From: an uncultured Pseudobdellovibrionaceae bacterium
GTDB lineage: Bacteria > Bdellovibrionota > Bdellovibrionia > Bdellovibrionales > Bdellovibrionaceae
DNA length: 64,000 nucleotides
Direction of reading: 5' to 3'
Assembly: GCA_964648725.1 (NCBI GenBank)
Contig: CAZYOE010000001.1
Coordinates: forward strand, 7,424 to 71,423
Shown: positions 38,047 to 47,817 of the stretch, piece after piece
Position numbering within the stretch: the stretch's first letter is position 1
Layout: every line of letters starts with the position of its first letter
Program-made: the position numbers and the translations under genes
Notes under the pieces: generated by a model
Databases searched by the model: none
Told to the model about the DNA's origin: nothing
Seen by the model: the letters and a program-made list of their open reading frames with translations, nothing else

Positions 38047-38798
38047 TTAAAATTCTTACTTCTAATGAAGAACTTCAATGCTACCGAAAGTCCCTTCGAG
38101 GAACCGTCGGTTTTGTACCAACCATGGGAGCACTCCATGCGGGGCATGGGTCATTACTGCAACAGGCGCGCACCCAATGCGACCATGTGATTCTCAGCAT
38201 TTTTGTAAACCCCACCCAATTTAATGATCCCAAAGATCTTGATAAATATCCCCGGACCTTTGAGGCCGATAAAGCACTCGCTGAATCTGAGCGAGTGGAT
38301 GCCATCTACTATCCGCAAGTTTCCTCGCTCTATCCCGATGACTATCGCTACGAAGTACGTGAAAAAAAATGGAGCGGCCATTTTTGCGGCGCCCATCGAT
38401 CTGGCCACTTTGAAGGTGTGCTAACGATAGTACTAAAGTTATTCAATTTAGTGCAACCACACTTGGCTTTTTTTGGCGAAAAGGACTATCAGCAACTCAC
38501 CCTTATTCAGGGAATGGTTTCTGCGTTCTTTTTGCCACTTAAAATAGTGCCCGTTCCAACAATGAGAGAGGCCGACGGTTTAGCCATGAGTTCCCGAAAT
38601 GTTCGTTTAACACCTGAAGAGCGAGCCAAAGCCCCATTGTTTTATCAAATTTTGACTTCGGCACCGAGTGCAGAAGCAGCAAAACTTTTACTCGAAGAAA
38701 AAGGCTTCAAGGTTGACTATGTCCAAGATTGGAATGGTCGCCGCTTGGGAGCTTTACATTTGGGAGCTGTGAGGTTGATTGATAATGTCCAACTCTGA
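38043..38798 (+). CDS. panC: Pantoate--beta-alanine ligase
   Basis: 251 aa. VPTMGALHAGH, SIFVNPTQF, FGEKDYQQ, SSRN motifs. ATGA overlap with panB. Confidence 0.92.
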   Translation: MIKILTSNEELQCYRKSLRGTVGFVPTMGALHAGHGSLLQQARTQCDHVILSIFVNPTQFNDPKDLDKYPRTFEADKALAESERVDAIYYPQVSSLYPDDYRYEVREKKWSGHFCGAHRSGHFEGVLTIVLKLFNLVQPHLAFFGEKDYQQLTLIQGMVSAFFLPLKIVPVPTMREADGLAMSSRNVRLTPEERAKAPLFYQILTSAPSAEAAKLLLEEKGFKVDYVQDWNGRRLGALHLGAVRLIDNVQL

Positions 38799-40080
38799 TT
38801 CCTTTTCAAAAAATATTCTGTTTCTGATGAGTGGATCTATTGCTGCTTATAAGGCGTGTTTTGCGGTGTCGCAATTAGTGCAGCAAGGCCACGTCATTCA
38901 AGTTGTAACTACTCCACAGGCTCTGCAATTTATAGGACCTGCCACACTCGAAGGACTCACCGGTCGCCCCATACTCGCAGATACATTTGCTCCCACCCAT
39001 GCTATGGCACATATTCATTTAGCGCGATGGGCCGACTGCATTATTTTGTGTCCAGCCACCGCCAATACGTTGAATAAAATGAGTCAGGGTATTGCGGACG
39101 ATCTTGTTACCAATCTTTTTTTAGCACACGACTTTACTAAACCATTTTTAGTGGCTCCAGCCATGAATACCGCCATGTACAAACACCCCACAACGCAAGC
39201 GTCTCTCGCGCGGCTTTCACAAATGGGAGTTAAGGTTTTAGAGACGGGCGCCGGCACTCTGGCCTGTGGTGAAATGGGATCTGGGCGTTTGCTTGAACCC
39301 GATCAACTGTTAAAAATCATTTCCGACGAATTGCACCAATTGCCCCAAAAGGATCGCTCGCAAGCCTCTGATCGATGCTCAGAAGTGATTCAACCGAGAA
39401 TCCTTATCACCAGTGGCGGTACCCAAGAACCTATCGATTCAATGCGCGTTCTTTCCAATTTGAGTTCTGGGCAAACCGGGGCCTTTTTGGCGGAGTCATT
39501 GTTCGATCAAGGATTTGATGTTCATTATCTGGGGGCAACTTCCAGCGTAAAACCTCAAAGACCTTGTTCTTTATACTCGTTTACAACCTTTAATGACTTG
39601 AATCAGCAACTCCAAAACCTATTAAAAAATAATATTTATTTAGGTGTGATTCATGCCGCCGCCGTTAGCGATTTCCACGTGTCCAAAATCCTTTCGGGAA
39701 ACAGTGAAGTGCTTTCGGGTGGGGGGAAGTTACCTTCCAGCAGAAAACTAGTTATTGAATTAGAACCCAATTTTAAAATCCTACCAAAGTTAAAGGGATA
39801 TGCTGAGCCGAATGAACCGAAAGTGGTGGGTTTCAAATATACAGCGACCGATAAGGCCGAGGATCGTCAAAATGCGGTTAATAAACTTTTTGCCGACGGC
39901 GGTGTGGATGCCGTTATTCATAACGATCATGCCGATATTGATAAGTCCAAGGGATTGCACTCGTTTACTTTTCATAGCTCAACGGAAAAGATACCGTTAC
40001 CCCATCGACTTGCTTTAGCAGAGCGTCTCGGAGATTTTTTTAGAACTTCATTCAACACTAATTGTGAGGAAATTTTATGA
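38779..40080 (+). CDS. coaBC: Bifunctional phosphopantothenoylcysteine decarboxylase / phosphopantothenate-cysteine ligase
   Basis: 433 aa. N-terminal flavoprotein MSGSIAAYK...PAMN, C-terminal ligase half ([11 protein letters not shown]...SSG..G). Confidence 0.9.
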   Translation: MIMSNSDSFSKNILFLMSGSIAAYKACFAVSQLVQQGHVIQVVTTPQALQFIGPATLEGLTGRPILADTFAPTHAMAHIHLARWADCIILCPATANTLNKMSQGIADDLVTNLFLAHDFTKPFLVAPAMNTAMYKHPTTQASLARLSQMGVKVLETGAGTLACGEMGSGRLLEPDQLLKIISDELHQLPQKDRSQASDRCSEVIQPRILITSGGTQEPIDSMRVLSNLSSGQTGAFLAESLFDQGFDVHYLGATSSVKPQRPCSLYSFTTFNDLNQQLQNLLKNNIYLGVIHAAAVSDFHVSKILSGNSEVLSGGGKLPSSRKLVIELEPNFKILPKLKGYAEPNEPKVVGFKYTATDKAEDRQNAVNKLFADGGVDAVIHNDHADIDKSKGLHSFTFHSSTEKIPLPHRLALAERLGDFFRTSFNTNCEEIL

Positions 40081-40862
40081 TTTTAGCTCTGGATGTGGGT
40101 AACAGCCAGATTTTTGGCGGCGTTGTAGACCAGAACAAGATCATCTTGAGATTCCGTAAGACCTCTAAAACCGGAGCGTCCTCGGATGAGTTTGGTCTTT
40201 TTCTAAGGTCGGTCCTTCGTGAAAACGATATCGATCCAAATCAAATCAAAGAGATTTCCTTGTGCTCAGTTGTGCCTGATGTCGTCTATTCTTTGAGAGG
40301 AGCTTGCCGAAAATATTTTGATGTGACTCCGTTTTTTCTACAGCCTGGTGTAAAAACTGGTCTCAAGATTAAATACCGAAACCCCATCGAAGTTGGTGCC
40401 GACAGAATAGCGAATGCTATTGCAGGTATTCACCTTTATCCGGATCGCCCAATAGTGATCGTTGACCTTGGCACCGCAACCACTTTTTGTGCTATCAACA
40501 AAGAGAAGGATTACCTCGGAGGTGTGATCATTGCTGGGCTTCGTTTGTCGATGGAGGCCCTTGAGGCAAAGACAGCGAAGTTGCCTTCTGTCGAAATTTT
40601 GCCAATGAATGAGACCCTCGGCCGCTCCACCACTGAATCACTTCAATCGGGTCTTTACTATGGCCATATCGGGCAGATTAAAGAAATTACACAACGATTG
40701 ACCAAGGAATGTTTCCCAAATGAAAAACCCTTTGTCATTGGAACGGGTGGATTTGCAGGTCTATTTGAAAAGGAAAAACTTTTCGATGTAATTCATCCAG
40801 ATCTTGTTCTTACTGGCTTAATTCAAGCACTAAAGTTGAATCCGCAAGGAGCTGAAAAATGA
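40077..40862 (+). CDS. coaX: Type III pantothenate kinase
   Basis: 261 aa. [20 protein letters not shown] motifs. ATGA overlap. Confidence 0.9.
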   Translation: MILALDVGNSQIFGGVVDQNKIILRFRKTSKTGASSDEFGLFLRSVLRENDIDPNQIKEISLCSVVPDVVYSLRGACRKYFDVTPFFLQPGVKTGLKIKYRNPIEVGADRIANAIAGIHLYPDRPIVIVDLGTATTFCAINKEKDYLGGVIIAGLRLSMEALEAKTAKLPSVEILPMNETLGRSTTESLQSGLYYGHIGQIKEITQRLTKECFPNEKPFVIGTGGFAGLFEKEKLFDVIHPDLVLTGLIQALKLNPQGAEK

Positions 40863-41218
40863 ATGTTGAAATGTTAAAATGTAAAATCCATCGTGCCACT
40901 GTCACTGATGCTGACTTGAATTACGAAGGATCAATTTCGATCTGTCCAAAGCTGATTAAAGCGAGTGGACTCCTGCTGAATGAAAAAGTTGATATTTACA
41001 ACTGTAATAATGGTGCCCGTTTTTCAACCTATGTGATCGAAGGCAAGAAGGGCGAAATTTGCTTGAACGGAGCTGCCGCTCGCCATGCGCATAACGGTGA
41101 TATTGTCATCATCGTGAGCTATTGCAATATGCCCATCGAAAAAGCGCGCAAACACGTCCCTTCCGTTGTTTTTGTTGACGGCAAGAACCGTCTCAAAACC
41201 GTAAAGAGCAAAGGCTAA
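40859..41218 (+). CDS. panD: Aspartate 1-decarboxylase
   Basis: 119 aa. [24 protein letters not shown] (self-cleavage G-S site). Confidence 0.92.
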   Translation: MNVEMLKCKIHRATVTDADLNYEGSISICPKLIKASGLLLNEKVDIYNCNNGARFSTYVIEGKKGEICLNGAAARHAHNGDIVIIVSYCNMPIEKARKHVPSVVFVDGKNRLKTVKSKG

Positions 41219-41349
41219 GCGATTCCAGAAGGCTATCCTGAAAATCTAGGAAACGGCAGCCCACAATAAATTTTCATCAATAATGGCACTTTACTCTCCC
41301 CTCGCATTTGTTTTTGTTGTACCACAAAGTTCAGTCGAGGGGGTTGCCG

Positions 41350-43023
41350 TTGAAATTTCTATTTGGATTTTATTTGCTTTGTTGTAGTTCCACTGCGTTG
41401 AGTTTTTGGTTTGAAACCAGTGATATTAGTATCGATCACACTCGGGGGGCCTTCGCCTGGAAAATTACCAAAGATCACTGGGCCCCTGAAGATGAGGCTG
41501 GATTTTCGCGCTTTGTGACCCGCATGGGTGAAGCGGTTGAAAAAAATCTATGCCGAACACCCGCAGACTGTTTGAGATCCAAAGCAAACCCCTATCATAA
41601 CACAGACCCTGAAGATTTCAGCTTCTATGCAGATTGTGCCGATTGGACTTACCTTTTGCGCGCCTACTACGCATGGAAAAACAATTTGCCCTTTGCTCTC
41701 ACCACCATGGCCGCAAATCCCGTGAGTGGTAACGCTAGCTTCGATCTTCGCTACACTCCCTACGGAAATGTTGTGCATGAACGTGTGGATTTCGTGGCTA
41801 ACTTTTGGGGATATCCTTCTGCTAAACACATTTTAAACGTAGTTATTCCGAAAGTGATTTCGACTGCCAACTTAAGAACTAATGCGGGCACCACGAACGA
41901 AACTCTGCTCAGTGACTTTTACCCAGTAGCCATTAATAAAAACAGTATTCGCCCTGGCACCACGATTTATGATCCCTTTGGGCACGTCGTTGTGGTTTAT
42001 AAGGTGAGTACCGATGGCCGAATTTATTTTGTGGATGCCCACACCGATAACACTCTCACAACTGGAGTTTTCAATGAAAAGTATGCTCGCGCAAATCCTC
42101 TTGTTGGAGGTGGTTTTAAAAACTGGCGTCCCATTCGGCTTATTGATTACTCAACTGATTTGGGCGGGTATTTTAGTGGCGGACGAATCATTGCAACTCC
42201 CAATGCTCAGTTAGCCGATTTCTCCCAGGAACAATATTTTGGCAATCAAAGTAATCCTGAAAAAAATTGGGAAAAGGCCATTTTCAAAATTCGCAGTCAC
42301 ACCGTTTCTTTTTATGACTATGTTCAAGCGCAACTGAACTCCGGTGTTCTTTATGTGGCTCCGATGAATGAAATGCAAGACCGCCTCCACGAGATCTGCC
42401 AACTCTTAGAGTCGCGAGTGCAATCGGTTGAGTCAGCAAGACAAAATAAAATTTTCCTAAAGGATCATCCCTCAACTTTGCCTTACAACATTTATGTTTC
42501 TGAGGGTGAATGGGAAACCTATAGCAGCCCTTCGCGGGATACTTTGATTCGTATTTTATTTTCAGCTCTATTGAATAAATCTAAATATTGGGTCGAACTC
42601 TGGAAAAACAAAAACCCAATTCTCCATTATAGCGGGCAAAACTTAGCGGAAGATCTTATTAAAATTTATAAAGACAAATCAGCAATCTGTAGTTTGGTTT
42701 ATAAAAATAGTGCCGGGGCCTTTGTAAGAGTTGATCTTGAAACCCTTCGTTCCAGATTACACAATCTGTCCTTTGATCCCTATCATTGCCCTGAGTTGCG
42801 ATGGGGCGCTTCATTAAGTTCCAGCGAAGGGCAATCTTGTCAGACGAATTCGAATAAAAACTACTGGTATTCTCAGGAACAGTTTCTGCGCAATCAGATT
42901 GATAGACGCTTTGATGTGCGCATGAACTACCGAGCCGAAGACTTATCGAAACTTCGTCCTGGTGTTGGAACTGCTAATCCTCCAGAAACGGATTTAGTTG
43001 GTTTTTTAAATAGTGTTCATTAA
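41350..43023 (+). CDS. Large secreted hypothetical protein with a papain-like Cys...His arrangement (tentative)
   Basis: TTG at 41350 behind a GAGGGGG SD (the ORF track starts at TTG 41308). Signal peptide KFLFGFYLLCCSSTALS. ...FYADCADWTYLLRAYYAW... and ...IRPGTTIYDPFGHVVVVYKV..GRIYFVDAH... recall NlpC/P60-type layouts. Confidence 0.5.
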   Translation: MKFLFGFYLLCCSSTALSFWFETSDISIDHTRGAFAWKITKDHWAPEDEAGFSRFVTRMGEAVEKNLCRTPADCLRSKANPYHNTDPEDFSFYADCADWTYLLRAYYAWKNNLPFALTTMAANPVSGNASFDLRYTPYGNVVHERVDFVANFWGYPSAKHILNVVIPKVISTANLRTNAGTTNETLLSDFYPVAINKNSIRPGTTIYDPFGHVVVVYKVSTDGRIYFVDAHTDNTLTTGVFNEKYARANPLVGGGFKNWRPIRLIDYSTDLGGYFSGGRIIATPNAQLADFSQEQYFGNQSNPEKNWEKAIFKIRSHTVSFYDYVQAQLNSGVLYVAPMNEMQDRLHEICQLLESRVQSVESARQNKIFLKDHPSTLPYNIYVSEGEWETYSSPSRDTLIRILFSALLNKSKYWVELWKNKNPILHYSGQNLAEDLIKIYKDKSAICSLVYKNSAGAFVRVDLETLRSRLHNLSFDPYHCPELRWGASLSSSEGQSCQTNSNKNYWYSQEQFLRNQIDRRFDVRMNYRAEDLSKLRPGVGTANPPETDLVGFLNSVH

Positions 43024-43041
43024 TCCTAAATTGAGGCAGGC

Positions 43042-43239
43042 GTGAGTCATTGCAGAATCAAAATTATTTTTTGTATTTTTTTTGTCTTCCCCTGGGTTTC
43101 AGAGGCGCGCTTTACCAGCGACTTTAAATGGTGCTCTGCCACTGCCGCGCACCAAGTCGAGGGCAATAACAAAGATAGTGATTGGTGGCACTTTGAAAAG
43201 ACACCTGGGAACATTAAAATAACGACCACTCGGGCCTAG
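43042..43239 (+). pseudogene. N-terminal remnant of a GH1 beta-glucosidase
   Basis: The 65-aa ORF contains F.SDFKWCSATAAHQVEGNNKDSDWWHF, matching the GH1 N-terminal signature F.WG.ATA.YQ.EG. The remaining ~400 aa are absent. Confidence 0.6.
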
Positions 43240-43353
43240 CTACTAAACTATTTTTAGTTTTATTTCCCTGACATTTCTTAATCAAACCCTGATTTTACTT
43301 TTTCAGGCCCCTACTTCAAGGTGAGCAGAAGATCTGCAGCCGAGGGGGGCCTC

Positions 43354-44472
43354 ATGAAAATGTTTTTAGATGTTTCCAACCTATCACATGAACAACTCAC
43401 TGGCATTGGGGTTTATACCAAGAATCTTCATGCCCAATTAAGAAATCTTGGTACGTCGAGACTCTACCCCGTTTGTTCAATGAGTCGATGGCACCAAAGA
43501 AAGTGCATCGAAAATCATATTTCGGCCCCTGTGAATAGTTCTTTTTTGGTACCTCACCTTCCCAGTGAAGTTAAATTATTGCATGTGCCTGACCATCGAG
43601 TCTCGCTTATTAATGCAGATATTCGCGTGCAGACCATTCATGATTTGAATCCACTCGAAGAGGCTGACTACTCCGAAAAGAAATTCAAACGCACCTTCAA
43701 GAGGCGTTTTAATGAGATTCTCAACAACCCAAAACTAGACCAAGTTGTTACGGTCTCCTATTTTTCAAAATCGCGAATCTTAGATTTCTATCCGCACTTG
43801 CGGGGACGGGTGAAAGTGATCCATTTGGGGTCAAATCATCTTCCGCTAGCTTCCTCCAGCCAGCGCCCCTGGCCTTGGCCCTACATTCTGTTTACCGGAA
43901 CGTTGGAGTTGAGAAAAAACGTTATTGGTCTTTTAAAATCTTTTGAAAAGCTCGCTCCCAAATTTGCCCAGCACCGTTTAGTCCTTATCGGTAAAGAGGG
44001 ATATGGATCTGATAAAATACTTAAGGCCATTGAAGACCACCCCTTTAAAGACAGAATTGTCTGGAAAAAATTTGTCTCTCCCCAAGTGCTAGCTTGTGCT
44101 TACAAATACGCCGAAGTCTTTGTATACCCTTCTATATATGAAGGTTTTGGCCTACCGATTGTAGAGGCGATGCGGTACCGTTGCCCGGTTGTTTGCAGCA
44201 ATATCCCAAGCTTGGTGGAAGTGGGTGATGAGGCCATTCATACCTTTGATCCCCACGACACTTATGACATGACGAATTCCATCGACCATATTCTCCTGAA
44301 TCCAAAGGCCCGTTACTTACTCAAGAGCCTCGCTGACTATCAATCGCAAAAGTACAGTTGGGAGGTCACCGCGCGAAAAACTTGGGATACCTACCTCGAA
44401 CTATTACGGATACGTTTGCGCGAAAATCTCCCCAGCAATCATTGGAACTTATTGACGCATCTTGAGTTTTAA
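43354..44472 (+). CDS. GT4-family glycosyltransferase
   Basis: ATG at 43354 behind a GAGGGGGG SD. C-terminal EGFGLPIVEAM motif. Confidence 0.85.
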   Translation: MKMFLDVSNLSHEQLTGIGVYTKNLHAQLRNLGTSRLYPVCSMSRWHQRKCIENHISAPVNSSFLVPHLPSEVKLLHVPDHRVSLINADIRVQTIHDLNPLEEADYSEKKFKRTFKRRFNEILNNPKLDQVVTVSYFSKSRILDFYPHLRGRVKVIHLGSNHLPLASSSQRPWPWPYILFTGTLELRKNVIGLLKSFEKLAPKFAQHRLVLIGKEGYGSDKILKAIEDHPFKDRIVWKKFVSPQVLACAYKYAEVFVYPSIYEGFGLPIVEAMRYRCPVVCSNIPSLVEVGDEAIHTFDPHDTYDMTNSIDHILLNPKARYLLKSLADYQSQKYSWEVTARKTWDTYLELLRIRLRENLPSNHWNLLTHLEF

Positions 44473-44489
44473 AAGATTTTAAACATTTT

Positions 44490-45563
44490 TTATTTGCTAC
44501 GGTTTGAGTACCAGGTTTGGTGCGCACTTTGAAGTAAGCGTTTTTTATTTACGCCCTTTATTTGCGTCCACTTCTCTGGGTTTAAAATGAGTCGAAGCAA
44601 TAAATCGAACAAAAGTTGGTGACGCCGAAAGGCTCGATGCCGGCGATGAGGTAGAATTGGATCAAAAATCCCACCTGGACGAAAAACTTGACTGGGATTT
44701 TTTCTTACCCACGTCCAAGAGCCCATTTCCAAACAGAGAGGGATAAATGTTGAAGTGCACTTTTTGCAGTGCTCATCATAAATATAATCCCACAAATCTC
44801 CATGAGTGACGTAATTAACGGCTTGTGGTTCCACCTTATAAACGTGATAAGGATAAGTTTTATCGAGAGTCTCTTTAATTGCCATCATTTCCGCAAGATG
44901 ACCAAACGGCTCCAGGGTTTTTGCATAGGGAAACCAAAGCTGATCCTTAAAACCAAAGCCAGAATGCACATCAAGGCTGACGGCCGCCTTGCTTTCGCTG
45001 ATTTCCTCAGAGATATGCGTGATGAGTGCTTTGGCTTCAGGCTCTAATGGTGCCCCTGTTTCGCCTCGATACCATGGGAGAATGGAACCAATCCTATGAC
45101 CACTCAACAATGGAACGGTTTTACCCCTAGCCTCGACAGGAGCATTCCGCATCAAATCAATGCCATTGGCATTCGATCTCCGGCTCAGAGCCATTCCCCA
45201 GGGATTGAGCAAGGGAATAAAAATAACACGCATATTTTTGAGAGCCGCTTTAATGTATCCGTCCCACTGAGCTAATTCATTAAAGCTAAACAGCAAAGCC
45301 TTAACGACCTGAGTACCAATTCGCTCTAGGCCATGCACGCCGCCGACGAGAATTAAAGTGGGTTTTCTGACATCGTCTGAACCGTAACAGAATTTATAAA
45401 TTGGGAGATCACTGACCGCTAAATTGGAAAAGTTTAATTTCTCTGGAAGCGTCACCATTTCCATTGTTTCAACTCTTCCAATACATCTACTTGCAATGAA
45501 TCTTTCAATATCTCGAAGCTCTGGTAGATTTTTTTCGATTAGCTGTGCTTTATCCACGATCAA
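44490..45563 (-). CDS. M14-like zinc carboxypeptidase / DUF2817-type protein
   Basis: 357 aa. GGVHGLERIG (HxxE zinc ligands) and VSLDVHSGFG (third His). TTG/GTG start uncertain. Confidence 0.65.
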   Translation of the reverse strand: MIVDKAQLIEKNLPELRDIERFIASRCIGRVETMEMVTLPEKLNFSNLAVSDLPIYKFCYGSDDVRKPTLILVGGVHGLERIGTQVVKALLFSFNELAQWDGYIKAALKNMRVIFIPLLNPWGMALSRRSNANGIDLMRNAPVEARGKTVPLLSGHRIGSILPWYRGETGAPLEPEAKALITHISEEISESKAAVSLDVHSGFGFKDQLWFPYAKTLEPFGHLAEMMAIKETLDKTYPYHVYKVEPQAVNYVTHGDLWDYIYDEHCKKCTSTFIPLCLEMGSWTWVRKNPSQVFRPGGIFDPILPHRRHRAFRRHQLLFDLLLRLILNPEKWTQIKGVNKKRLLQSAHQTWYSNRSK

Positions 45564-45640
45564 CCGCCTTTTCCCAAAATCGATCGATGAATAATTAATT
45601 TACCACTCAAGAAAATTTCTGTCTAGCGCCTCAAAACGTC

Positions 45641-46274
45641 CATTGGGAATCAAGACTTAGTCGTTTATAGTAAGTCGGCGAACTCCCCCTGCGATATTCT
45701 GAATCATACTTGGAGAGTGCCATTTGCCAAAAACTAGTCACTTTATACTGAACACTGAGCTGTTGGCCCATCGAATCGGTTTCACCTTTGGCTAGATCTG
45801 CATCGGTGAAAGCTGCAACAACAGCATCAGCCTCAGCGCGACCCTGCCCATAGAGGAAGGAATAGGGCCCATTTGCTAAGGAAAAACCGCACCAGCCACC
45901 TTGATTTTATGTTTGAGTTGATTCGAATCAATCCATCCAGTGTTTGAACTAGATTTGTTGACGAAAATACCGATGCCATCAAGACCAATAACATGAGGAA
46001 CAATTGTTACTCCTTGAGCCGTCGCTTGCTGGAGAACTTCGGGTTTTCTTTCGCGGGACATTGGCGCAATCCCTTGTTCCCCGGCAGCAATAGCTTTTTC
46101 ACCATTTCCACTTCCGCCGCCGGCATAAGAAATTTGCTGTTCCAAACCACCTGCGATAATCGCATCGGTCATAACTCCGGCCAATGTATCTGAGCCAGAA
46201 AAAACGTGTTTTGCCTGAGATTTTGCACCCAAGCCCGAAATAATGATTAGGCTTAAAAATGATTTTCTTAACAT
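45641..46274 (-). pseudogene. Disrupted PstS-family (PBP-like_2) substrate-binding protein gene
   Basis: Intact SD+ATG and 132 aa (signal peptide, SGSDTLAG..., GGGSGNGEKA, SRE...) end at a stop. A further ~90 stop-free codons continue in another frame (GPYSFLYGQGRAEADAVVAAF...), and the total is much shorter than typical family members. Confidence 0.55.
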
Positions 46275-46294
46275 GCGAACTCCTTTGTTTGGTT

Positions 46295-46450
46295 ATACCA
46301 TTTCCAGTTAGAAAGTAGACCAAGGCGGCAAGGAGAAGGCGCGGAGCCTTACTCCCTGTAAGGCGCACACGAGGCGGGGTTTCCCCTCTGTGAAGGGGTG
46401 CCTCGGACGACGCAGCCAACGATGGGCTACGAACTAAATGGAAATGGTAT
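46295..46450. repeat. 156-nt structured element with 17-nt terminal inverted repeats and a GC-rich core (long copy of the 4650..4693 repeat)
   Basis: ataccatttccagttag (46295-46311) / ctaaatggaaatggtat (46434-46450) pair 16 of 17. Further pairing gtagacc/gggctac and ggcggc/gcagcc. Internal hairpins gccttac-tccct-gtaaggc and cgaggc[gggg ttt cccc tctgtga agggg t]gcctcg. Confidence 0.65.
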
Positions 46451-46485
46451 TACTAGGGAAGTAACAACCAGAAGGGCAGAGGTCA

Positions 46486-46502
46486 TGTTAAGCTTCTGTT
46501 AA
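46486..46502 (-). promoter_or_regulatory. Direct-repeat box D (TTAACA-gaagc-TTAACA)
   Basis: Minus-strand hexamers with 11-bp periodicity, between the sixA stop and the repeat element / PstS-like remnant. No good -10 at the 21-nt distance seen at boxes A-C. Confidence 0.45.
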
Positions 46503-46526
46503 AAAGTTGGCTGTGTTTCTCAAAAC

Positions 46527-47033
46527 CTATTTAACCCCGATAGACTTGGGCGTTAAGGCCCAGTTCAAAGTACCAGATTCCGGTCGAATGGAATCTTCAA
46601 CTGAAATCGAAAGGCAGCCGCCTTTTTTAATTTTGATTTTGCTTTGATAAATTCCAAATAACAGCCAACTCGCGAATATGCTTAGATGAGGTTCATGGCC
46701 AACGACGATGATTTTTTTGGTTTTCTTCTTTAAATGCTCTTTGCACCATTTAGCAAATTCATTGGGATTTGCGAGAGGGGTCAATGCCAAGGAGCTGACG
46801 ATTTCAGTTTTTGGAAAATGGACCGCGAGAAGTTTAGTTGTTTGCTTCGCTCGAACCAAGGGTGAAGTTATGATGACGTCAGCTTCCCCAATGAGGGATT
46901 TTAATGCAGTGGCAATTTTTTTAAATCTCCTTATTCCCAACTCTGACAATGGACGCTGACTATCGTTGGAATTTTGAAGCTTAAATTCTTCTCGATCCAT
47001 TGCGATGGCGTGACGTATAATAAATATTTCCAC
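46527..47033 (-). CDS. sixA: Phosphohistidine phosphatase SixA-like (histidine phosphatase superfamily)
   Basis: 168 aa. IFIIRHAIA (RH catalytic motif), RPLSELG, ITSPLVRAKQT, VGHEP. Confidence 0.75.
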   Translation of the reverse strand: MEIFIIRHAIAMDREEFKLQNSNDSQRPLSELGIRRFKKIATALKSLIGEADVIITSPLVRAKQTTKLLAVHFPKTEIVSSLALTPLANPNEFAKWCKEHLKKKTKKIIVVGHEPHLSIFASWLLFGIYQSKIKIKKGGCLSISVEDSIRPESGTLNWALTPKSIGVK

Positions 47034-47049
47034 AGCTGGCGAATTTCCT

Positions 47050-47817
47050 TTATATGAGTGAACTTACAGTATGGAGTCGCGATGGAGAAGCTAAAACCGC
47101 TTTGAGGCGAAGATCATTATCCAGAGATTGTCCGCCATAGTACGCGAAGGAGAGATCTTGATTTCTTACCGCGCGCAAAATAGATCCTTCCGAACATTTT
47201 GCATGAAGCAGGGTTTTCCAAGAGCGCATCTGCTTTTTATGGTGAAGGTCACTGTTCGCTAACATTGGGAGTCCACTATTAAAGACTTCATCAAATAACT
47301 GCGCACCGCTTGCGACTTCCCATGCATCCATTAAACCAGTTAGTTCGTCTCGCTCCTTCCAGAGTTGCAAAGTCGGTATATAGGTTGGATCCATGGTGAA
47401 AACGGGATGAGCGGCTACTGTAATAGCGCCCTGCCGTCTAATCGCCTGTAGTACATCCAATATACTCTGATCGGGATCAACCCACTGTCTGACTCCAATT
47501 CCTAGGATATGGGCTGACCGTAGAGAGCGAAATGCATTTTTAGTGATTTCTATTCCAGGCAAAACGAGCATTTTATACTGTTTCCAGGCACGGTATGCCT
47601 GTAACTCAATCTCAGCGATGTACTCCGCGAATCGAGGCTTTGATAACGAACAGTTGAGCCAATGCGCCGCCAATCCAATGACTGAACTCGTCTCGCAAAC
47701 ATGATCTGTAATCGCTATAACTTTGAAATTCCGTGCACCAAAGAAATCGACAATCTCAGCGATTGAATGCTTACCATCGCTCCAATGACTGTGAATATGC
47801 AAATCACAAAGGAGCAC
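47050..47817 (-). CDS. PHP-domain metal-dependent phosphoesterase
   Basis: GTG at 47817 behind GAGGAGG-N5 (the ORF track extends to 47958, overlapping the upstream gene). CDLHIHSHWSDG motif, later ...ITDH and ...NSDLH. Confidence 0.75.
   Translation of the reverse strand: MLLCDLHIHSHWSDGKHSIAEIVDFFGARNFKVIAITDHVCETSSVIGLAAHWLNCSLSKPRFAEYIAEIELQAYRAWKQYKMLVLPGIEITKNAFRSLRSAHILGIGVRQWVDPDQSILDVLQAIRRQGAITVAAHPVFTMDPTYIPTLQLWKERDELTGLMDAWEVASGAQLFDEVFNSGLPMLANSDLHHKKQMRSWKTLLHAKCSEGSILRAVRNQDLSFAYYGGQSLDNDLRLKAVLASPSRLHTVSSLI

Noticed and set aside
46099-46419. 106-aa ORF covering the GC-rich repeat core and the start of the PstS-like remnant.
   Set aside because: It runs through an obviously structured, palindromic non-coding element and overlaps the better-supported PstS-like frame. 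It has an Arg/Trp-rich nonsense composition.
46295-46450. Tested the structured element by eye against known RNA classes: SRP/4.5S, 6S, tmRNA, RNase P, TPP, cobalamin, glycine, c-di-GMP-I/II riboswitches and group II intron domain V.
   Set aside because: None of the diagnostic conserved motifs is present (for example GGAAGCAGCC, the B12 box, CUGAGA or GEMM GCAAACC). It is kept only as an unclassified repeat/structured element.
46552-46568. Near-match to the direct-repeat box (GTTAAGgcccaGTTCAA) inside the sixA 3' end. Similar near-matches occur at 5176..5192 and 8366..8382.
   Set aside because: They are intragenic, contain mismatches in the core TTAAC, and have no -10 element at the characteristic distance.
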